Assembly: GCA_017453205.1 (NCBI GenBank)
Contig: JAFTKO010000012.1
Location: forward strand, 70,530-134,529
Source: Clostridia bacterium
GTDB taxonomy: Bacteria; Bacillota; Clostridia; Oscillospirales; CAG-272
DNA length: 64,000 nucleotides
Direction of reading: 5' to 3'
Every line of letters starts with the position of its first letter. Positions within the stretch are counted from its first letter, which is position 1. Under the pieces are notes generated by a model. The model made no database searches, had not been told where the DNA came from, and saw nothing but the letters and a program-made list of their open reading frames with translations. Made by a program: the position numbers and the translations under genes. This document shows positions 27,169-36,706 of this stretch, piece by piece.

Positions 27169-30084
27169 ATGAGAATTGAACAAACTGTTGTAAATGTCAT
27201 ATTCGACGCCGCAAAGGGGACGGTTTCGGTCTCCAGCCGCGAGGCGGTGAGCGGTCAGCCGTTCGGTGCCTTGCCGCAACCTTCGCGGGCGGGCTATGCA
27301 TTCCTCGGTTGGTATCATAACGGGACGCTTGTTACGGCGGACACCGTGCTTGACTCCGAGGAGGATATCCGTTTGGTGGCACAATGGGAAAAGCGCAAGG
27401 GCGGCAAAAAGGCGTCCATCCTCAAACGGCAAAAAATTGCCGTGGCAGTGCTTGCCGCACTGACCGTTGTGCTCATCGCAGCGCTTTTGGTGGTCAACCA
27501 TGTGGTAACGATCTATTCGTTCCATGATGTGTACTACAAGGACGGTGTCGAGTATTCCGACAAATACTATATCAAAAAGAAAGACGGTTCTTACGCGCTT
27601 TTCGATAAGGACGGCAATCTGATGGAAAAGAACGAGGACGGCTATTATATTGCCGCCGGCAGCGGAAACCAGTACAGCATTGACGCCGAAACGGGAGAGA
27701 AGTCGCTTTATGCCGTGGTCGATTACGACTCGGCGGGCGGGGAAACACTCGGCTTTAACGACCGTATCATGATTTTTCCGCAGATCACGCAAAAAAACAC
27801 CTATTCGATTGAGGTTACCAATGAATACGGGACCTACAAATTTTACCGTGATGCCAACGGAGACGTGCACATTGAGGGCACGGAAGACTCTTTGGTTGCT
27901 TACGACCAAACCCTGTTTGCAAGCCTTTGCGTCAGTTGCGGGTACACGCTGACCATGCAAAAGCTGGATCTGACCTCCGCTGAGTCGGTTGCACCGCGCT
28001 TGCCCGACGGCAGTGTGGACTATGCGGCATACGGTCTCGGTCCGGACGATTCTCCCGCTGTTTACACCGTGACCAAGGCAATCTATGCCGAGGACGGTAC
28101 CTGCACCGCTGACGAGAACACCAAGTACACGGTCAAGGTCGGTGATGCCATCCTTTCGGGGGCCGGTTATTATGTGCAATTGGACGGACGTGACGCGGTT
28201 TATATCGTCAGCTCCTCCATCGCCGACACGGTGCTTCAGCCTGTCGAGGCGCTTGTCACCCCCGCCATTGTCTACCCCATGTCGATGTCGACCTACGCCA
28301 TGGTGCAAAACTTCCTTTTGGGTGAGCTTGATTTTGGAGCGTTGCTGGATCAGAATAAGGATGAGATCGACACCGATGATATCAATCTTACTCCCATTGT
28401 ATCCTTTACCTATTTGGATCTTGAAAACCGCACCAATACCATTCACACCTCCAGTCCCTATATCAGCGGCGACGAGTTGAATTTGATGGGCGGCGCCTAT
28501 GCACTGAACGACGATAATGTCTCTACGGTGTTGAGCCTTTTCTACGAGATGGAATTTGTTGCCTGCAAAAAGCTTGGCTTTGACAGGGCAGATTTGAAGG
28601 AATATGGACTGGACGGCAATATTTACTACCTGTCCTTTGGTTCTCCCGTGCTGGATGAAAACAACTATCTCTCGGGATATGTCGAAAATTCAATTTTGAT
28701 CAATCCCAATAAGACCGAGAACGGGACCTACTATGTGGCTTCCACGCTGTACGATATGATCGTTGAGGTGGATCAGTATTATCTGTCCTTCCTTGAGTGG
28801 GAGGAGAGCGATTGGTATGATCAGTATTTCTTCCAAAACAACATCTCCTATGTTTCGGATCTGAAGCTGCAGATCCGCGACAGCGAGACGGGCGAGCTCA
28901 AGACCTTTACCTTTACGATGGATAACTCGGCTTCCTATATGTACTATGAGTACGAGGAAGGCAAGATGAAGTTGGTCGATTTGAGTACCGGCAGCATCAG
29001 CCGCAGTGAAAGCGGCGAGGTGACCTACACCGATAAAAACGGTGTGAAGTATATTGCCAAGGCACTGGATTTCAGTGGCGGCGGGTATTATATTAAGATC
29101 GAACACGCGTCAAAGGGCACGGTGACTTACGAGCCTTACTACAAGTATTTGATCACCATCGACCGTGACGGTAACAAAAATCTGCAAGTAGTTCGCAAGG
29201 GTGAGGATGGCAAGGAAAGCAAGACCAATTATCCGCTCACCGAAAACAGCGCTACCGTGCGGAGCTATAAGTTGATCTACCGTGATGCAAACGGCACGGA
29301 GTTTGACGTGATCGGTACCTACACTGTAAACGGCGAAAGCTATAACGATTATTACCGCTTCAATTACTGGCAAGAGGTTTCGGGTAAGGATGACAATGGG
29401 AACAGCACTTATGTTTGGGAGCGTGTGACGCCCTCCAATACTGCCAGTTATTTGCTCCTGCGCGATGTCGACGGCAAGCTTTATCAAGTCAGTGTGGGTT
29501 CAAGCAATATGGTCGTATCCTGTGTGGAATACGGCGGTGTGTTGGATTATACCATTGTTCACACTTACACCACCGATAAGGGAACCGAGAAAACCGAGAC
29601 CATTACAGCCACCGACAACTTCCGCAAGCTGTACAGTGATCTTTTGTGGTTCTCAATCGAGGGAGATGTGGACGAGGAAGAGTTTAAAAAGAACATTGGA
29701 CTTTTGACAGGAACCGAAATGACCATGGACGAATATATTGCCCTTGGTGACGATGTTTGTCAAGCGATCTTTACCTACCATGTTTCGGATATGGCGGTGT
29801 TGATGAATTTGATCACCGGTGTCGAGAATGCCAATGACAAGGCGCTTGAACAGAAATACTGGACCGAGAACAACGAAAAGGATGTTGTGGTTCGTTTCTA
29901 CCGTTATTCCGAGCGCAAGACCATGATCACCATTGAGGTGATTGAGGAATACGACGAAAACGGAAATCCCGTTTCCGATCCCACCAAGGCGGCAGGACGC
30001 TTCTATGTCCTTTCCACCTACCTCGATCAACTTCTTGGCGATGCCGAAAGACTCCTCGCAAAAGAACGCGTGGAGCAAGACTGA
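27169..30084 (+). CDS. 971-aa membrane-anchored protein: N-terminal Listeria-Bacteroides (Flg_new) repeat, TM segment, large DUF4340-like ectodomain
   Basis: VIFDAAKGTVSVSSREAVSGQPFGALPQPSRAGYAFLGWYHNGT...LVAQWEK fits the Flg_new repeat. It is followed by KRKGGKKASILKRQK plus TM IAVAVLAALTVVLIAALLVV. The DUF4340 call rests mainly on operon position after GldG (from memory). Weak SD. Confidence 0.6.
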   Translation: MRIEQTVVNVIFDAAKGTVSVSSREAVSGQPFGALPQPSRAGYAFLGWYHNGTLVTADTVLDSEEDIRLVAQWEKRKGGKKASILKRQKIAVAVLAALTVVLIAALLVVNHVVTIYSFHDVYYKDGVEYSDKYYIKKKDGSYALFDKDGNLMEKNEDGYYIAAGSGNQYSIDAETGEKSLYAVVDYDSAGGETLGFNDRIMIFPQITQKNTYSIEVTNEYGTYKFYRDANGDVHIEGTEDSLVAYDQTLFASLCVSCGYTLTMQKLDLTSAESVAPRLPDGSVDYAAYGLGPDDSPAVYTVTKAIYAEDGTCTADENTKYTVKVGDAILSGAGYYVQLDGRDAVYIVSSSIADTVLQPVEALVTPAIVYPMSMSTYAMVQNFLLGELDFGALLDQNKDEIDTDDINLTPIVSFTYLDLENRTNTIHTSSPYISGDELNLMGGAYALNDDNVSTVLSLFYEMEFVACKKLGFDRADLKEYGLDGNIYYLSFGSPVLDENNYLSGYVENSILINPNKTENGTYYVASTLYDMIVEVDQYYLSFLEWEESDWYDQYFFQNNISYVSDLKLQIRDSETGELKTFTFTMDNSASYMYYEYEEGKMKLVDLSTGSISRSESGEVTYTDKNGVKYIAKALDFSGGGYYIKIEHASKGTVTYEPYYKYLITIDRDGNKNLQVVRKGEDGKESKTNYPLTENSATVRSYKLIYRDANGTEFDVIGTYTVNGESYNDYYRFNYWQEVSGKDDNGNSTYVWERVTPSNTASYLLLRDVDGKLYQVSVGSSNMVVSCVEYGGVLDYTIVHTYTTDKGTEKTETITATDNFRKLYSDLLWFSIEGDVDEEEFKKNIGLLTGTEMTMDEYIALGDDVCQAIFTYHVSDMAVLMNLITGVENANDKALEQKYWTENNEKDVVVRFYRYSERKTMITIEVIEEYDENGNPVSDPTKAAGRFYVLSTYLDQLLGDAERLLAKERVEQD

Positions 30085-30094
30085 TAAAACAAAA

Positions 30095-30122
30095 ACGACC
30101 TCCCGCTTGTGTGGGAGGTCGT
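30095..30122 (+). terminator. hairpin after the ABC/GldG operon
   Basis: ACGACCTCCC-gcttgtgt-GGGAGGTCGT; only a weak T tract follows (AATTT). Confidence 0.5.
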
Positions 30123-30215
30123 AATTTAATTGCCCCAACCATATAATAATTTGTTTTTGGAATGTTGGGAAAAAAGTTGGTATCATATTATTAAAATATT
30201 TGTGAGGTGTTGGTA

Positions 30216-30407
30216 ATGGCGACAAACAAAATACAAACAGGTATCAGATTTGAACCCGAGTTGCTTTATAAGATCGCATATGTTGCAAAGCAAAATAAAA
30301 GATCTCTGAATGCGCAACTTGAATATTTGGCGTTGATGTGCGTTAAAGAGTACGAAAAAGAAAACGGCGAGATCACAATTGAGGAAAATATTTTATACAG
30401 CAAATAA
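30216..30407 (+). CDS. small Arc/MetJ-type ribbon-helix-helix DNA-binding protein (63 aa)
   Basis: ATG 30216 (GAGGTG SD). MATNKIQTGIRFEPELLYKIAYVAKQNKRSLNAQLEYLALMCVKEYE. The beta-strand plus RSLNAxxxxL helix pattern is typical of Arc-like RHH proteins. Confidence 0.6.
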   Translation: MATNKIQTGIRFEPELLYKIAYVAKQNKRSLNAQLEYLALMCVKEYEKENGEITIEENILYSK

Positions 30408-30480
30408 AAGGCAAAACAATGGAAAACGGAACCGTGAAATATTACGGCTCCGTTTTTTGATGACTATAAAAAAATTTAAA

Positions 30481-30528
30481 AAAGTTTTTGAAAGGAGTTT
30501 GAGGGGAACTTTTGCAAAAGTTCCCCTC
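30481..30528 (-). repeat. intergenic hairpin-plus-tail repeat, copy 5
   Basis: Reverse strand: GAGGGGAACTTTTGCAAAAGTTCCCCTC (perfect 28-nt palindrome) plus tail AAACTCCTTTCAAAAACTTT. Confidence 0.55.
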
Positions 30529-30539
30529 AAGAATATAAT

Positions 30540-31616
30540 TTAGTTAAAATATCCTTCTCTGTAAAGCAACTCTGCAATGAGGACTGCGCCGCCGGCGGCA
30601 CCGCGGAGGGTGTTGTGAGAGAGACCGACGAACTTATAGTCAAACAGGGTATCTTCGCGCAGACGTCCTACGGTCACGCCCATGCCACCGTAGATATCAC
30701 GGTCGAGCTTTGCTTGGGGACGGTTGTCCTCCTCAAAGTAGGTGATGAACTGTTCGGGTGCATGAGGAAGCTTGAGCTCTTGCGGCTTACCGGAAAAGTT
30801 CTTCCAAGCCTCGAGAATTTCTTCCTTGGTGGGTTTGTTTTCAAAGCGGACGAACACAGCCGCGGTGTGACCGTCGGTCACGGGGACGCGGATGCACTGG
30901 GTGGTGATGAGGGGCGCGTCTGCCTTGACGATCTCACCGTTTTCCACCTTACCCCAAACGCGCAGGGGTTCCTGCTCGCTCTTTTCTTCTTCGCCGCCGA
31001 TGTAGGGAATGACGTTATCGATCATTTCGGGCCATTCGCGGAAGGTCTTTCCCGCACCCGAGATCGCTTGATATGTGGTCGCTACGACTTCCTTAATGCC
31101 AAACTTCAACAGGGGCGTCAAAGCGGGAACATAGGATTGGATAGAGCAGTTGGGCTTAACGGCGATAAAGCCACGCTTGGTGCCGAGTCTCTTTCTCTGC
31201 GCCGCGATCACTTCCAAATGCGCGTCATTGATTTCGGGAATGACCATGGGGACATCGGGCGTCCAACGGTGTGCCGAGTTGTTGGAGACCACGGGGATTT
31301 CTGCCTTGGCATAGGCTTCCTCCAGAGCGCGGATCTCGTCCTTTTTCATGTCTACGGCGCAGAAAACAAAGGCGCAGTTTTTGCCAACTTCTTCAATGTT
31401 TGCCGCGTCGAGCACAGTCATGCTTTTGTATTTCTCGGGCATGGGGGTGGTCATCTTCCAACGCGCGCCAACCGCTTCCTCGTAGGTTTTGCCTGCGGAG
31501 CGAGCCGAAGCCGCCAAAGTGGTGACCTCAAAATAAGGGTGGTTTTCGAGCAAAGTCAAAAAACGCTGACCAACCATACCTGTGGCGCCGATGACGCCGA
31601 CTTTCATCTTGTTCAT
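30540..31616 (-). CDS. asd: aspartate-semialdehyde dehydrogenase
   Basis: MKVGVIGATGMVGQRF, CSIQSY active-site region, SHNTLRGAAG. Start is 31616 or 31607 (the track gives 31649 without an SD). Confidence 0.9.
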   Translation of the reverse strand: MNKMKVGVIGATGMVGQRFLTLLENHPYFEVTTLAASARSAGKTYEEAVGARWKMTTPMPEKYKSMTVLDAANIEEVGKNCAFVFCAVDMKKDEIRALEEAYAKAEIPVVSNNSAHRWTPDVPMVIPEINDAHLEVIAAQRKRLGTKRGFIAVKPNCSIQSYVPALTPLLKFGIKEVVATTYQAISGAGKTFREWPEMIDNVIPYIGGEEEKSEQEPLRVWGKVENGEIVKADAPLITTQCIRVPVTDGHTAAVFVRFENKPTKEEILEAWKNFSGKPQELKLPHAPEQFITYFEEDNRPQAKLDRDIYGGMGVTVGRLREDTLFDYKFVGLSHNTLRGAAGGAVLIAELLYREGYFN

Positions 31617-31774
31617 AACTGGGAGTTCCTTTCTTTCTTCGGTCCACATTGGCGAGGATCGAAATTAAATTAGTTTATTATAGCATATTTCTTTGAATTT
31701 TTCAATACCTTCTTGACATTTTTTTCGATTGATAGTATAATAAAACACGAATTTATCGAAATTGTGAGGCAACT

Positions 31775-32905
31775 ATGAAATTGGAATTGGTGGCAACCTG
31801 TTTGTTTGGACTTGAAAAACTGCTTGGGGAGGAGATTGACGCACTGGGGCTCCGGCGGCTGGAGACCATGGATGGGCGTGTGAGCTTTGAAGGCGAGGAA
31901 AAAGACATCGCGCGCGTCAATTTGCACCTGCGTTGTGCCGAGCATGTGTTTGTTTGCCTTGGGCGTTTTCCCGCATACAGCTTTACCGAGCTGTTTGACG
32001 GTGTCAAGGCGCTCCCGTGGGAGGATTGGATCGGTAGGCTCGACGCTTTCCCCGTCAAGGGGCATTCGATCAAGAGCAAGCTGTTTTCGGTTCCCGACTG
32101 TCAAAGCATCATCAAAAAGGCGATCGTCGAGCGGTTGTCGTCGCATTACGGCGTGCGTTGGTTTGCCGAGGAGGGTGTGAAATATCAAGTGGAGTTCTTC
32201 CTGTTTAAGGATACCGTATCGTTGATGATCGACACCAGCGGGGTTCCGCTCCACAAGCGCGGCTACCGTCCCGCGGCGGGACCGGCGCCCTTGCGTGAGA
32301 CCTTGGCGGCGGCATTGGCATTGACAGCACGCCCGCGCGAGGAGGTTCTGTTTTGGGATCCCATGTGCGGCTCGGGTACCATTGCCATCGAGGCTGCGCT
32401 CATCCTTGCCAACAAAGCACCGGGGCTCGGCAGAAACTTTGCCGCGGAGGCATTCCCGCAGATTCCCACGCGGCTTTGGACAGAGGCACGCGAGGCAGCA
32501 CAAAGTATGATCCGCACCGACAGCACATACGAAGTATATGCGTCCGACATCGATGAGGATATTTTAGACGTGACATATGAGAATGCTTTGCGCGCGGGTG
32601 TGGAGGATCACATGAACATTTTTGCGGCGGATGTCCGAGAGATCAAAAAGCTTGACCGCCGCGGCACGGTCGTTTGCAATCCGCCCTACGGTGAGCGTTT
32701 GATGACACCGCAAGAAGCGGAGCAGCTCTACCGCGACATGGGGCGTGCGTTTGCCGATTTGGCACCGTGGCAGATCTATATTATTACGTCGCACCCGCAG
32801 TTTGAGCGTTTTTACGGCAGACGCGCCGATAAAATTCGTAAGCTTTATAACGGAATGATCCCGTGCAATCTTTATCAATATTTTAAGCCGTCCAATAAAA
32901 AATAA
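31775..32905 (+). CDS. THUMP-domain class I SAM-dependent RNA methyltransferase (COG0116, RlmL/YpsC-like)
   Basis: N-terminal THUMP-like region; DPMCGSGTIAIEA and CNPPYGERL motifs. Promoter TTGACA-17-TATAAT upstream. Confidence 0.85.
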   Translation: MKLELVATCLFGLEKLLGEEIDALGLRRLETMDGRVSFEGEEKDIARVNLHLRCAEHVFVCLGRFPAYSFTELFDGVKALPWEDWIGRLDAFPVKGHSIKSKLFSVPDCQSIIKKAIVERLSSHYGVRWFAEEGVKYQVEFFLFKDTVSLMIDTSGVPLHKRGYRPAAGPAPLRETLAAALALTARPREEVLFWDPMCGSGTIAIEAALILANKAPGLGRNFAAEAFPQIPTRLWTEAREAAQSMIRTDSTYEVYASDIDEDILDVTYENALRAGVEDHMNIFAADVREIKKLDRRGTVVCNPPYGERLMTPQEAEQLYRDMGRAFADLAPWQIYIITSHPQFERFYGRRADKIRKLYNGMIPCNLYQYFKPSNKK

Positions 32906-32907
32906 AC

Positions 32908-32952
32908 AACAAAGCTGTTTTAGACTCAAATCGAGGATAAAACAGCTTTGTT
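32908..32952. terminator. bidirectional terminator between convergent genes
   Basis: 15-bp perfect stem AACAAAGCTGTTTTA...TAAAACAGCTTTGTT followed by ATTTT. Confidence 0.72.
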
Positions 32953-32964
32953 ATTTTGGGAGCT

Positions 32965-35652
32965 TTAGTATCCTTCCTTTTTTCCAAACAGCCGCCGCAA
33001 GGCTTTGCGGATCAAGTCAGCCGGAAAGACCGCCAAGGACATCAGCATCGTAAAAAGCAACTCGTTCAGCGTCAGCGGTGCCGTGCGCAAAACACTGCCG
33101 CCGAGATACACAAAGCCGATCTGTATGACTAAAATTGCACTCATGATGAGCAGAAACACGGGGTTTTTGCGCAGTCCCGCAGTCAGCTTGAGGCGGTCGG
33201 TACGCGCGTTGAAGCAGTTGAACACCGAGGAAAAGATAAACAGCGCAAAGAACGCGGTCAGATGGTAGATGCGGTCGGATGCGGGCCGGAATATCGCCGA
33301 GATCGTGGGAGCTTTCAGAAAGAACAGGTATAAAGCCACGGTAAAGCCGCCAAGACATAGAATTTCATTGATCATGTAGCGGTTGAGGATCGGTTCATCG
33401 CGTCGCTTCGGTTTTTCCCGCATACAGTCGGGCAGAGGTGCTTCTCCCGCAAAGGCGAGCCCGCCCAATGTGTCCATGATGATGTTGATCCAAAGCATTT
33501 GTACCACGGTTACGGGGGAGTCGATACCTAGGAAGGGGCAGATCATCGTGACCCCTACCGCGCAAAAGTTCATGGTGAGCTGTAATGTGATAAATTTGCG
33601 GATGCTCTTAAAAATGTTACGCCCGTAAAGCACGGCGCGGACGATGGAGGCAAGGTTATTGTCAAGGATGATGATGTCGCCCGCCTCCTTTGCCACCTGT
33701 GTGCCGCCTCCCATGGCAAAGCCGATGTCGGCACGTCGGAGCGCGGGTGCGTCGTTGATGCCGTCTCCCGTCATACCCGTGACCATGCCCGCCTCTTGCG
33801 ACAGTCGTACCAAACGGCTCTTGTCGGTGGGGAGCGCCCGTGCGATCACTGCCAAGCGCGGGAGCAGAGCTTTGACTTGTTCGTCCGAGAGCTTTGCCAA
33901 TTCTTCGCCTGTCAGTACAAGGTCATTTTGCGGGTTAACGATCCCGCAACGTTGTGCCAACGTGCGTGCGGTCTCGCGGTTGTCACCCGTCATCATCACA
34001 ACTCGAATACCCGCGTCCTGCAATTGCGCTACCGATCTTGCCGCCTCGGCACGCAAGGGATCCGAGATACAGACCGCACCGATCAAGGTCAGCGTTCCGC
34101 GGAGCCCCGACGCATGTGTCGAAGCGGGAATATTCTCTTGAGAGATCGCCAATACAAGGACACGTTCCCCCTTTGCGGCGGTCGCTCGGATTTGTTTTTC
34201 GATTCGGGTGCGAGAGAAATAGCCGACGCTCCCATCCCTTTGCAGGGTGTTTTGGACAAGCGGAAACAGTCGTTCGGGGGCACCGAGGATCAAGGTCATG
34301 TTGCGCTTTCCCGCAAGGCTGACCGCGGAATACTTACGTGCGCTGTCAAACGGCAGACGCGATGTCACACGGTAACCGTTCGGCTCGGGAAGTGAAAGCA
34401 CACTTTCCAGCAATGCGCGCTCGGTCGCACTGCCGCCAAGGGCACGCGCTTTTCCGTCAGCGTCGTTTCCGACGGTGGCATCGCTCCCCATGCGAAATCC
34501 AAGCGAGAGCAGTTCTGCAAGGACTCCGCCTTGTCGCAACACGGTGGGAAAGGGTAAGAAATTACCGTCGCCGCCGAGAAAGGATGAGACTTTCATTTTT
34601 CCCTCGGTCAGTGTTCCGGTCTTGTCGGTAAACAGGATATTCATACTTCCCGCCGCCTCAATCCCCACAGGCTTGCGTACCAGTACTTGGTCGCGTACCA
34701 TTTTGCGGATGTTGGAGGAGAGCACCACGGCGATCATCATCGGTAATCCTTCCGGGACGGCGACAACAATGACGGTCAACCCCAGTGTAAAGGCATGAAA
34801 GAACTGTGAAAAGAGATACGGTGCGTCGGTCAGCTTTATTTTTATCAGATCCCATTGCATGCCGCTGTCCAACACAAAGGAATTGAACAGGTATGCCAGT
34901 GCCACCAAAACGGCGGCGATATAACCCAAGCGGCTGATCTGCTTTGCCAGCTTTGCAAGGCGAAGCTTGAGCGGGCTGTCGCGCTGTTCCAGCTGGATCT
35001 CATGGGAAATCTGTCCGAGAAATGACGCATCTCCCACGGCGCGCACTTCCATTTCGCCGCCGCCCGCGGTCACGGTACAGCCGCGGAAAAGCGCCGAAGG
35101 TGCGTCGGGCTTGAGGGCTTCGTTGTCCGAAACGGTTTTGTTGACCTCGCGGCTCTCTCCCGTCATCGCCGATTGATCGCTTCGCAGCTCTCCCGCGCGG
35201 AGCAATCCGTCGGCGGGGATCATTTCGCCTGCACCCAACAGGACAATGTCGCCCACAACGACCTCGGAAATGGGAATTTCACAAACTGTCCCGTTCCTCC
35301 GCACGCGACAAGCTTCGGTATTGCTGACCTCCGAAAGCTTGGCAAAGGCACGTGCCGAGCCATACTCCGAGAGGGTGGAGATCAACGTGGCGAGAAAGAC
35401 TGCTACCCCAATGCCCGCACTTTCCACCCAATTTTCGCTTCCGTTGCGGAACATCAATAACAGATTGACGGCGAGCGCGGCGAGTAGGATGCGAATAATG
35501 GGATCGTTGAGATTGGCGAGAAAGCGGCGAAAAAAGCCTCTGGTCTTTTGCTGTGTCATGGTGTTTTCGCCGTGCTCCCGCCGTGACACGGCGACTTGTT
35601 CATCATTCAGCCCCGTGCGCGGTGTGCGTGTCGGTTTACGGTATCCGTTCAT
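32965..35652 (-). CDS. cation (Ca2+-type, P2) P-type ATPase
   Basis: 895 aa; TDKTGTLTEG phosphorylation site, MMTGDN, GDGINDAPAL. Confidence 0.9.
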   Translation of the reverse strand: MNGYRKPTRTPRTGLNDEQVAVSRREHGENTMTQQKTRGFFRRFLANLNDPIIRILLAALAVNLLLMFRNGSENWVESAGIGVAVFLATLISTLSEYGSARAFAKLSEVSNTEACRVRRNGTVCEIPISEVVVGDIVLLGAGEMIPADGLLRAGELRSDQSAMTGESREVNKTVSDNEALKPDAPSALFRGCTVTAGGGEMEVRAVGDASFLGQISHEIQLEQRDSPLKLRLAKLAKQISRLGYIAAVLVALAYLFNSFVLDSGMQWDLIKIKLTDAPYLFSQFFHAFTLGLTVIVVAVPEGLPMMIAVVLSSNIRKMVRDQVLVRKPVGIEAAGSMNILFTDKTGTLTEGKMKVSSFLGGDGNFLPFPTVLRQGGVLAELLSLGFRMGSDATVGNDADGKARALGGSATERALLESVLSLPEPNGYRVTSRLPFDSARKYSAVSLAGKRNMTLILGAPERLFPLVQNTLQRDGSVGYFSRTRIEKQIRATAAKGERVLVLAISQENIPASTHASGLRGTLTLIGAVCISDPLRAEAARSVAQLQDAGIRVVMMTGDNRETARTLAQRCGIVNPQNDLVLTGEELAKLSDEQVKALLPRLAVIARALPTDKSRLVRLSQEAGMVTGMTGDGINDAPALRRADIGFAMGGGTQVAKEAGDIIILDNNLASIVRAVLYGRNIFKSIRKFITLQLTMNFCAVGVTMICPFLGIDSPVTVVQMLWINIIMDTLGGLAFAGEAPLPDCMREKPKRRDEPILNRYMINEILCLGGFTVALYLFFLKAPTISAIFRPASDRIYHLTAFFALFIFSSVFNCFNARTDRLKLTAGLRKNPVFLLIMSAILVIQIGFVYLGGSVLRTAPLTLNELLFTMLMSLAVFPADLIRKALRRLFGKKEGY

Positions 35653-35718
35653 TTTTTTGCCTCCGTATCCATACAGTATGTCTTTTCTACTATATGAGCG
35701 CGGAGGCGGGAATATGAG

Positions 35719-36510
35719 TTATGGACGGTCGTTCGTCTTTTTTCGGTACTCGGTGGGGGTGAGTCCGTATTTTTGCTTAAATCGTCTGGCAAAATTTGCA
35801 TAATCGCAAAATCCGGCGCGGGTATGAATTTCACTGACCGGCAGAGTGGTGAATGCCAGCAGATTTTTTGCATGGGAAAAGCGAACGCCGTCAAGGTAGG
35901 CTTTAAAATTGATGCCGGTTTGGCGCAAAAACAGATCGGAAAAATAAGCTTTGGAAAACCCGAAGTGCGCGGCGGTGCTCTCCAAGGTGATCTCCCCGCG
36001 AAAATTTTCCAACATATAAAGAATCGTGTTTTGTACCAAAGGGAGAGCTTCGTCATTGTAAGTGTTGTGACAGGCGGTCAGCTTATGCAGGATGCAATGT
36101 AACAGGAGCATGGCGTAGGCGGTGTCATTTTTATGTACCGAAAACAGCTCCAAAAGCAACGGCGGCAGGACCTCGGCTTTGATATCTTCAAGATAAAACG
36201 CGGGGGAATAGGAGGGGGAGAGAAGCGGAAATGTAAAAAAAACGCCGTCATGCTCGCTTTGAAACATGACCGTGATGACCTCGGAGTTTTGAGAACAGAT
36301 GCTATGTACATTCGCGGGGGAGAGCAAAAAGAGTGAGTTGGGGCGTATCGGATAGGAGACACCGTCGATCTCGTGTGTTCCGTCGCCGCTGAGGAAATAT
36401 TCGATCTCAAAAAAATCGTGTCCGTGGGCGGCAACCGTTCCGCGGATGTGCTTTCTCGTTACACTGATAAAATCGTTGGGAATAAATTTGCTTTTGTCGT
36501 AAATGTGCAT
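35719..36510 (-). CDS. AraC-family transcriptional regulator (cupin sensor + HTH)
   Basis: N-terminal cupin (AAHGHDFFEIEYFLSG) and C-terminal AraC HTH (FSKAYFSDLFLRQTG...CDYANFARRFKQKYGLTPTEYR). Confidence 0.9.
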   Translation of the reverse strand: MHIYDKSKFIPNDFISVTRKHIRGTVAAHGHDFFEIEYFLSGDGTHEIDGVSYPIRPNSLFLLSPANVHSICSQNSEVITVMFQSEHDGVFFTFPLLSPSYSPAFYLEDIKAEVLPPLLLELFSVHKNDTAYAMLLLHCILHKLTACHNTYNDEALPLVQNTILYMLENFRGEITLESTAAHFGFSKAYFSDLFLRQTGINFKAYLDGVRFSHAKNLLAFTTLPVSEIHTRAGFCDYANFARRFKQKYGLTPTEYRKKTNDRP

Positions 36511-36542
36511 CTTTCAGCCTCCCTTTTTTTACTATTTTATCA

Positions 36543-36563
36543 CAAGACCGAAAAAAACGCAAT
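36543..36563 (+). repeat. 21-nt direct repeat, copy 1 (CAAGACCGAAAAAAACGCAAT)
   Basis: 19/21 identical to copy 2, 143 bp downstream, in the araC-GH38 divergent region. Confidence 0.6.
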
Positions 36564-36685
36564 ATATTTCCGAAAAAAATCTATATAAAATTTTTTTGCG
36601 ATATGCTATAATAAAGGGCAAGGGAGCCGCTTTCATACGGTGCCTTGAACGGCGTTTTCAAAAGTCTTTTTGCTTTTTCGGGCTT

Positions 36686-36706
36686 CAAGACCGAAACGAA
36701 CGCAAT
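36686..36706 (+). repeat. 21-nt direct repeat, copy 2 (CAAGACCGAAACGAACGCAAT)
   Basis: See copy 1. Ends 7 nt before the GH38 SD. Confidence 0.6.

Noticed and set aside
25201-28446. 644-aa and 430-aa reverse-strand ORFs (25201-27135, 27154-28446)
   Set aside because: They are antisense shadows of GldG copy 2 and the DUF4340-like gene. The sequences are repetitive and G/D/R/V-rich with no motifs, and they have no independent intergenic space.
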